This document shows, piece by piece, positions 58,519-64,000 of a stretch of 64,000 bases of DNA; position 1 is the first letter of the stretch, and every line of letters starts with the position of its first letter. The stretch is from a virus. The stretch covers positions 11,985 through 75,984 of IMG/VR virus record IMGVR_UViG_3300035145_002419. One strand, 5' to 3'. The notes beneath the pieces are model-generated. The model saw only the letters and a program-made list of their open reading frames with translations, ran no database searches and had not been told where the DNA came from. Both the position numbers and the translations under genes were made by a program.

Positions 58519-59170
58519 TAAAACTCTTTCTGTACTGAAGAACTTTTCTTCAATCAATCAATCTATCCTTTTCAAAGAAGGAAACAAACTTCGCACTATC
58601 AGTGTGATGAAAAACATTCTTGCGGAAGCAACTGTAACCGAAGAGTTTTCCAAGGACTTTGGTATCTACGATCTTAATCAGTTCTTGAATGGTCTTAGTC
58701 TTCACGCAAGTCCTGAACTTGATTTTGCCAATTCTGGATATGTTCTTATCCGTGAAGGTAAGATGCGGTCAAAGTATTTCTTTGCTGATCCAAATGTTAT
58801 TGTTACGCCACCTGATAAGGCAATTAATCTTCCAAGTGAAGATGTAACATTTGAACTTAGCACTGAGCAACTTGATAAACTGCTGAAAGCAGCTGCTGTG
58901 TATCAACTTCCAGATATCTCCGCCGTTGGTGAAGCAGGTGTAGTTAAACTAGTTGTTCGGGATAAAAAGAACGATACATCTAATGATTTTGCAATTGTCG
59001 TTGGTGAAACCGATGCTGTATTTTCTTTCAACTTCAAGGTAGAAAATATCAAGGTTCTTCCTGGTACTTATGAAGTTGTTGTTTCCCAAAAACTTCTATC
59101 ACGTTTTACAAGTAAGAATCATGATCTTACTTATTATATTGCACTTGAACCCGATTCTACTTTTGGATAA
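58487..59170 (+). CDS. gp45: sliding clamp gp45 (start 58487 or 58505)
   Basis: MKLS..T..LKNFSSINQS; FGIYDLNQFL; YYIALE. Confidence 0.94.
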   Translation: MKLRAPMKLSDKTLSVLKNFSSINQSILFKEGNKLRTISVMKNILAEATVTEEFSKDFGIYDLNQFLNGLSLHASPELDFANSGYVLIREGKMRSKYFFADPNVIVTPPDKAINLPSEDVTFELSTEQLDKLLKAAAVYQLPDISAVGEAGVVKLVVRDKKNDTSNDFAIVVGETDAVFSFNFKVENIKVLPGTYEVVVSQKLLSRFTSKNHDLTYYIALEPDSTFG

Positions 59171-59493
59171 TGGAACCGGATCCATACATTCAATTTCTTG
59201 AGAATTGGATCCCAGGAATAGGAGAAGACACTAAACTCCATGATCAATTACATATTCATTTTGGTCTTGGATTTAGTGTTAATGATGAAGCAAAATTATT
59301 GGGTTTCCAATTAGGACATCATCCTGCAGGTTCCTTTTTTCATGTAGTCATTTTTTCTATTATGAGTCTTACGATATATCCTAACCATTATCGTAATACT
59401 TGGAAAGACGTGCGGGATTTTTATTCAGCATATCTTCTTGGAAAATATTGGCAATCTGTGTCATACTGGTTTATACCCAAATCTATCCTATGA
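59170..59493 (+). CDS. hypothetical protein
   Basis: 107 aa; TAATG/ATGA coupled on both sides. Confidence 0.65.
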   Translation: MEPDPYIQFLENWIPGIGEDTKLHDQLHIHFGLGFSVNDEAKLLGFQLGHHPAGSFFHVVIFSIMSLTIYPNHYRNTWKDVRDFYSAYLLGKYWQSVSYWFIPKSIL

Positions 59494-60296
59494 AAAAATC
59501 TAGTAAGATATTATATAATAATCCTATAAAGAGTATACCTAGATCTAAACTTCATAGGATTACTGAAATCAATCCAAATGCTAAAGTTGAGTTTAAAACT
59601 ATCCAAGGATTAAAACTTATAAAGATTTATAATTTTTTAAAAAGACCATTGGAGTTAAGAGAATTTTGTTTGGAATTTCTTTCAAAGGATTCTCATGAAA
59701 CATTGATGGATGATATTATAGAGGGAAGAAGAAGTTTTTCCCCTGGAATTCAACAAATAATTAATCCACTATTTTTTAATGAAAGTATATCAAAATACTT
59801 GCATGATAAACTGGAAGAATATAATTTGTATAAAGGAATAACAAAATCTGAGTATTATACTAATATGTTTTATCCTGGAATGGGTTCAACTGAAGCAAGT
59901 AAAATACCACATTTAGATAATTTTTTGTTTGCTGGAAATATCTACCTTTCTGAAATTGACGACAGTATATCTGGAACTAATTTTTATAAATGTATTTTTA
60001 AAGATCCATTTGGTGAAGAAGAAGTTTTTTATGATGCTTATGATCTAATGGCATCTGAATATTGTGATAATTACGAAGCAATCTTAAGAAAAAATAATGA
60101 AAATATTGAAAAGGCAGATGACTTCACATTTTTAGATAACGATATCTATCACAAATATCACTTTGAACCGGCTGAATTTAATTCAGTATCTCTTTATTCT
60201 GGTAGGTATTGGCACAGTGTTGTTTATGATGCTAAACTTAGTAAGCAGTACCGGTATTCCCTGGTCGCTTCTTTTCTTTCTGGTGATATGCTATGA
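59490..60296 (+). CDS. DUF6445-like 2OG-Fe(II) oxygenase-fold protein
   Basis: PHLD; GTNFY; FNSVSLYSGRYWHS; ATGA-coupled start at 59490 preferred over 59400. Confidence 0.7.
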   Translation: MKKSSKILYNNPIKSIPRSKLHRITEINPNAKVEFKTIQGLKLIKIYNFLKRPLELREFCLEFLSKDSHETLMDDIIEGRRSFSPGIQQIINPLFFNESISKYLHDKLEEYNLYKGITKSEYYTNMFYPGMGSTEASKIPHLDNFLFAGNIYLSEIDDSISGTNFYKCIFKDPFGEEEVFYDAYDLMASEYCDNYEAILRKNNENIEKADDFTFLDNDIYHKYHFEPAEFNSVSLYSGRYWHSVVYDAKLSKQYRYSLVASFLSGDML

Positions 60297-60820
60297 ACAT
60301 CTTTGTTACTGATCCTGATCCTTTGAAGTCTGCTAAGGTTTTGCCTGATAAGCATATCGTCAAGATGCCACTAGAGACTTGTCAGATGCTTGCTATTGTA
60401 TGCTCCAACAAATGGGGTCATGGATTTGGTACTATTCCCAAAGCAGACGGAACTCCCTATGCTACTGAGAAGGGTGCTTTTCGTAATCACCCATGTACCA
60501 TATGGGCAAACTCTTTTGTGAACAACTGGAGATGGTTACTTGCTCATGGATTTGCTTTGTGCAATGAATATGCATTAAGGTATGGCAAACCACATACTTG
60601 CTTCAACACTCTTCAGGCAGCAAATGAAATTCTTCCATGTGCAGATCCGCAAGGTCGCAGTGGTAAAGGACCAACACCTTTTGTATTTGCTGGACCTGAT
60701 GAGTTTAAGTTAGATACTTCAATATCTGTCTTTGACAAATACAAGATGTATATTGCATCTAAACCTTGGGTGTGCGATAATTATCTTCGTATCCCTGATA
60801 GAAAACCTGATTGGGTATAA
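60293..60820 (+). CDS. pyrimidine-dimer DNA glycosylase-like (DenV/PDG family) protein
   Basis: MNIF..DKHIVKMPLETCQML; HPCTIW; LCNEY..RYGK.H. Confidence 0.7.
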   Translation: MNIFVTDPDPLKSAKVLPDKHIVKMPLETCQMLAIVCSNKWGHGFGTIPKADGTPYATEKGAFRNHPCTIWANSFVNNWRWLLAHGFALCNEYALRYGKPHTCFNTLQAANEILPCADPQGRSGKGPTPFVFAGPDEFKLDTSISVFDKYKMYIASKPWVCDNYLRIPDRKPDWV

Positions 60821-60822
60821 TT

Positions 60823-61770
60823 ATGAGTCGTGATGAATTTCTTTGGGTTGAAAAGTATCGACCCAAAACAATTGAAGAATGTATTTTACCAACAAATATT
60901 AAGAAGACCTTCCAAGACTTCCTAGATAAAGGTGAAGTGCCTAATCTACTTCTTGCAGGTCCTGCTGGATGTGGAAAGACCACTGTAGCAAAAGCATTAT
61001 GCAATCAACTGGGGGTAGATGTTTATGTCATTAACGGATCCGATGAGGGACGCTTCCTTGATACGGTCAGAAATACTGCAAAAAATTTCGCTTCGACCGT
61101 ATCACTTCAAGCAACTGGCAAACACAAAGTCATCATCATCGATGAGGCTGATAACACAACAAACGACGTACAACTCCTACTTAGGGCGTTTACTGAGGAG
61201 TTTCATGGCAACTGCAGATTCATCTTCACCTGCAACTTCAAAAACAAAATCATTGAACCACTCCACAGCAGATGCGCCTGTGTTGATTTTTCAACCAATT
61301 CCAAAAGTAAACCCCAACTCGCAGCAGCCTTCTTCAAGCGCATCCAAGAGATCTTGGCTGCGGAAAGTATTGAATATGATCAAAAAGTCCTTGTCGAACT
61401 AATTAATAAACACTTTCCTGATTGGAGACGTGTTCTTAATGAACTACAAAGATATGCTGTTAGTGGTAAAATTGATACAGGCATTCTTGCAACCTTTAGT
61501 GATGTACAAGTAAATGACTTGGTTAAAAGACTTAAAGAAAAAGATTATCCCGAAGTACGTAAATGGGTTGTCAATAACCTGGACAACGATACTTCTGTTC
61601 TACTGCGTCGTATTTACGATGCTTGTTATGATTCCATGGTTCCGGCTAGTATTCCTGCTGCTGTGCTTTGTCTTGCTAGGTATCAGTATCAGATGGCGTT
61701 CGTGGCGGATCAGGAAATAAACATGCTTGCTTGTCTAACTGAAATTATGGTGGAGTGTGAATTCAAATGA
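60823..61770 (+). CDS. gp44: clamp loader large subunit gp44
   Basis: WVEKYRP; GPAGCGKT; IIDEAD; SRC; PDWRR. Confidence 0.96.
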   Translation: MSRDEFLWVEKYRPKTIEECILPTNIKKTFQDFLDKGEVPNLLLAGPAGCGKTTVAKALCNQLGVDVYVINGSDEGRFLDTVRNTAKNFASTVSLQATGKHKVIIIDEADNTTNDVQLLLRAFTEEFHGNCRFIFTCNFKNKIIEPLHSRCACVDFSTNSKSKPQLAAAFFKRIQEILAAESIEYDQKVLVELINKHFPDWRRVLNELQRYAVSGKIDTGILATFSDVQVNDLVKRLKEKDYPEVRKWVVNNLDNDTSVLLRRIYDACYDSMVPASIPAAVLCLARYQYQMAFVADQEINMLACLTEIMVECEFK

Positions 61771-61901
61771 GAACACAAAATAAGGAAAACTATTATTATT
61801 GGTTCTGGATTGTAGCAATGATTGCATTTATTGTTCCCCAAATTTTTACTGCTTGGGCATACATAAATATTGTGAATATTATGAAAACATGGTCACTTTG
61901 A
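61767..61901 (+). CDS. small membrane protein (44 aa); not in ORF track
   Basis: Manual translation MRTQNKENYYYWFWIVAMIAFIVPQIFTAWAYINIVNIMKTWSL; ATGA coupling; GGAG upstream. Confidence 0.65.
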   Translation: MRTQNKENYYYWFWIVAMIAFIVPQIFTAWAYINIVNIMKTWSL

Positions 61902-61902
61902 A

Positions 61903-62220
61903 ATGATACCCTTCTTTGTCCCCGACCCAGTGATGCTAATGGAATCAAATTGGGTCAAAACGATTCAAGTTCCTTCTGAAATTAGGAATCACTGTATCCG
62001 ACGTGTTGTCCCCTCACTTGGGGATGAGATGGTTGGTGAGAAGTGGAAGTATATTGATTGTGCCTGGAAGAATATGGGTTTCTACGGTGGTAATTCTACT
62101 GTTCTTAGAGAACTTAGGAGAATGAGTGATAGATCGTATCTTGAGGAGCAGGAAGAAAGAGATAAATTGAATAAAGTGAATTACAAAGTTGATGAAATTT
62201 TAGAGAAGTATTATGATTGA
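61903..62220 (+). CDS. hypothetical protein
   Basis: 105-aa ORF tightly packed in the operon. Confidence 0.6.
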   Translation: MIPFFVPDPVMLMESNWVKTIQVPSEIRNHCIRRVVPSLGDEMVGEKWKYIDCAWKNMGFYGGNSTVLRELRRMSDRSYLEEQEERDKLNKVNYKVDEILEKYYD

Positions 62221-62506
62221 TGTAAGAGTTTTTCGCGTTGTGACAGGTGAAGAAGTTGTTGCTGAATTTGTGTCAGAAACTTCAGATACAATAACTGTAA
62301 AAAATGCACTAGTGGTTCTTCCGAGTGCTCAGAATGTTGGATTTGCGCAGTGGGCAGCTGTTATTGATCGGGATAATCCTGAAATCACTTTGAGTCGTAA
62401 TCACGTTGTTTATGTGGTTCAACTTGATTCAAGTATCAAGAAGAAGTATAATGAAATTTATGGAAGCAAACTTGTAACTCCTGAAGATAAAAAACTGATT
62501 CTTTGA
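62213..62506 (+). CDS. conserved hypothetical Sm-like protein
   Basis: RVVTGEEVVAE..GFAQW..YNEIYGSKLVTP. Confidence 0.75.
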   Translation: MIDVRVFRVVTGEEVVAEFVSETSDTITVKNALVVLPSAQNVGFAQWAAVIDRDNPEITLSRNHVVYVVQLDSSIKKKYNEIYGSKLVTPEDKKLIL

Positions 62507-63357
62507 ATATGAAATCTTTGAAAACCCCTCTTCGTTATCCTGGCGGAAAGTCCCGTGCATGTAATAAATTGGATGTTTATATTCCAGACCTTCGCGATTA
62601 CAAAGAATATCGTGAACCATTTCTTGGTGGTGGTAGTGTAGCACTTCATGTAACTAAGAAGTACCCACATCTTAAAATCTGGGTCAATGATTTGTATACA
62701 CCATTGGTTAATTTTTGGAAAACACTTCAAGATGATGGATACAAACTTTATAAAAGACTGCAAGAATTAAAGTCTAGATATCCTGATCCAGCATCAGCAA
62801 GAGGTTTATTTTTAGAAGCAAAGGAAGTAATTAACGACAATGCTCAACCCAATTTATATCGTGCTACTGCTTTTTACGTTGTCAACAAGTGCTCTTTTTC
62901 TGGTCTCACTGAATCCTCATCCTTCTCAAAGCAGGCTTCAATCTCTAATTTCTCAATGCGAGGAATTGAAAAACTACAGGGATACACACAATTAATTAAA
63001 GATTGGAAAATTACAAATGGTCGCTATCAAGAACTCCTTACTGATGACAAAGAGTGCTTTACCTACCTTGACCCGCCCTACGATATACGAGATAACCTAT
63101 ATGGACGGAAAGGGAGTATGCATAACGGATTCGACCATGATGGTTTTGCTACCATTTGTGATCGGTTTATTGGTCCTCAACTTATTTCTTACAATTCGTC
63201 TCAACTTGTTAAAGAACGATTCAAAGACTACGAAGTAGGAGAATTTGACTTGACGTATACAATGCGTTCAGTTGGTGAATATATGCGAGAGCAGAAAGAA
63301 AGAAAAGAATTGGTGTTATTTAATTATGGAACTGAAGGATTGGCTGAATTCAATTAA
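62503..63357 (+). CDS. dam: D12-class N6-adenine DNA methyltransferase (Dam-like; start may be 62509)
   Basis: PLRYPGGKS; EPFLGGGS; WVND; DPPY. Confidence 0.9.
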   Translation: MNMKSLKTPLRYPGGKSRACNKLDVYIPDLRDYKEYREPFLGGGSVALHVTKKYPHLKIWVNDLYTPLVNFWKTLQDDGYKLYKRLQELKSRYPDPASARGLFLEAKEVINDNAQPNLYRATAFYVVNKCSFSGLTESSSFSKQASISNFSMRGIEKLQGYTQLIKDWKITNGRYQELLTDDKECFTYLDPPYDIRDNLYGRKGSMHNGFDHDGFATICDRFIGPQLISYNSSQLVKERFKDYEVGEFDLTYTMRSVGEYMREQKERKELVLFNYGTEGLAEFN

Positions 63358-63694
63358 TTTTACAAAAGAAGATCTAAGTGAAAACACTAGCACTTACCCT
63401 CCATATATTATTAATCGTTGTTTGTCTGGGCACCTTGATTGCATCATGCTTGCCAATGAAATGAATAAGTATCATTTCCTAGACAAAGACATGCAATATT
63501 CATTTTATCTAAATAGTCTTAGGAAACGGAAGAGATTTTCTCCCTGGCTCCGCAAGGATAAAGTCACAGACTTAGAATGTGTAAAACAATACTATGGTTA
63601 TAGTAATGAAAAAGCATCTCAAGCACTGAAAATCCTGACACAAGAACAGATTAACTTTATTAAACAAAGACTTGATATTGGAGGCAAACGATGA
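63326..63694 (+). CDS. gp62: clamp loader small subunit gp62
   Basis: MELKDWLNSIN..YPPYIINRCLS..ANEMN..YYGYSNEKA; before regA; ATG 63326 preferred. Confidence 0.92.
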   Translation: MELKDWLNSINFTKEDLSENTSTYPPYIINRCLSGHLDCIMLANEMNKYHFLDKDMQYSFYLNSLRKRKRFSPWLRKDKVTDLECVKQYYGYSNEKASQALKILTQEQINFIKQRLDIGGKR

Positions 63695-64000
63695 CTACGA
63701 CGGTAGAACCTACTGTGCAATGGTCTCAGGATCAAATGGTGGAAGTGCTTTTGAATGAACCTGATGACTTCCTTAAGGTGCGTGAAACGCTAACACGAAT
63801 CGGGGTCGCATCCCGAAAAGAAAAGAAACTCTATCAGTCCTGCCATATTCTGCATAAGCAAGGACGATACTTTATTGTTCACTTCAAAGAATTGTTTGCC
63901 CTTGACGGTAAACATGCAAATCTAACAGTGAATGATGTTCAACGTCGCAATCGTATTGTAAGACTTCTAGCAGACTGGGGATTGATTTCCATTGTTGATG
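63691..64000 (+). CDS. regA: translational repressor RegA (3'-truncated by window end)
   Basis: Manual translation includes EPDDFLKVRETLTRIGVASRKEKKLYQSCHILHKQGRYFIVHFKELFALDG; GGAGG RBS. Confidence 0.95.
   Translation, partial: MTTTVEPTVQWSQDQMVEVLLNEPDDFLKVRETLTRIGVASRKEKKLYQSCHILHKQGRYFIVHFKELFALDGKHANLTVNDVQRRNRIVRLLADWGLISIVD

Noticed and set aside
60816-60821. TATAAT just before gp44
   Set aside because: Formed by the upstream Val-stop codons, 1 nt from the ATG, with no credible -35
515-63238. Numerous 60-170 aa minus-strand or out-of-frame ORFs nested in or overlapping real genes
   Set aside because: Covered by well-supported + strand genes; compositions mirror the sense codons
1-64000. 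Stop-codon reassignment, tRNA genes, CRISPR arrays
   Set aside because: Standard code gives full-length core genes ending in TAA, TGA and TAG; intergenic gaps are short and show no cloverleaf or spaced repeats

Overview
64 kb of a large T4-like cyanomyovirus genome (Kyanoviridae-type, AT-rich). Every gene I accept is on the + strand. About 1.8-47 kb is the late virion module: gp25, gp6, a 4251-aa gp7-like protein, a gp9/10-capped fibre, a subtilase, gp8, a 2530-aa VrlC-like protein, gp13-gp16, an inserted modular protein, gp17-gp23 and gp3, punctuated by NATAAATA late promoters. About 47-64 kb is the recombination/replication module: uvsY, uvsW, gp55, gp47, gp46, a CobT-like/CobS-like pair, gp45, gp44, a Dam-type MTase, gp62 and a partial regA, with accessory inserts (2OG-Fe(II) oxygenases, an FkbM MTase, a DenV-like gene). 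I added five ORFs under 60 aa that the ORF track misses, plus the partial regA. I saw no tRNA, rRNA, CRISPR array, intron or intact mobile element. Best leads: (1) an unlisted 55-aa NblA-like ORF before gp13; (2) a fibre with a type-1 copper motif coupled to an intact subtilase; (3) a small basic ORF running through an intrinsic terminator with no stop, like non-stop ArfA/BrfA mRNAs; (4) a putative gp21-processed polyprotein between gp16 and gp17; (5) back-to-back sigma70 promoters at gp55 predicting an antisense RNA; (6) a repeated motif-hairpin-(-10) promoter architecture. All family calls come from motif recognition and synteny by eye; no searches were run.
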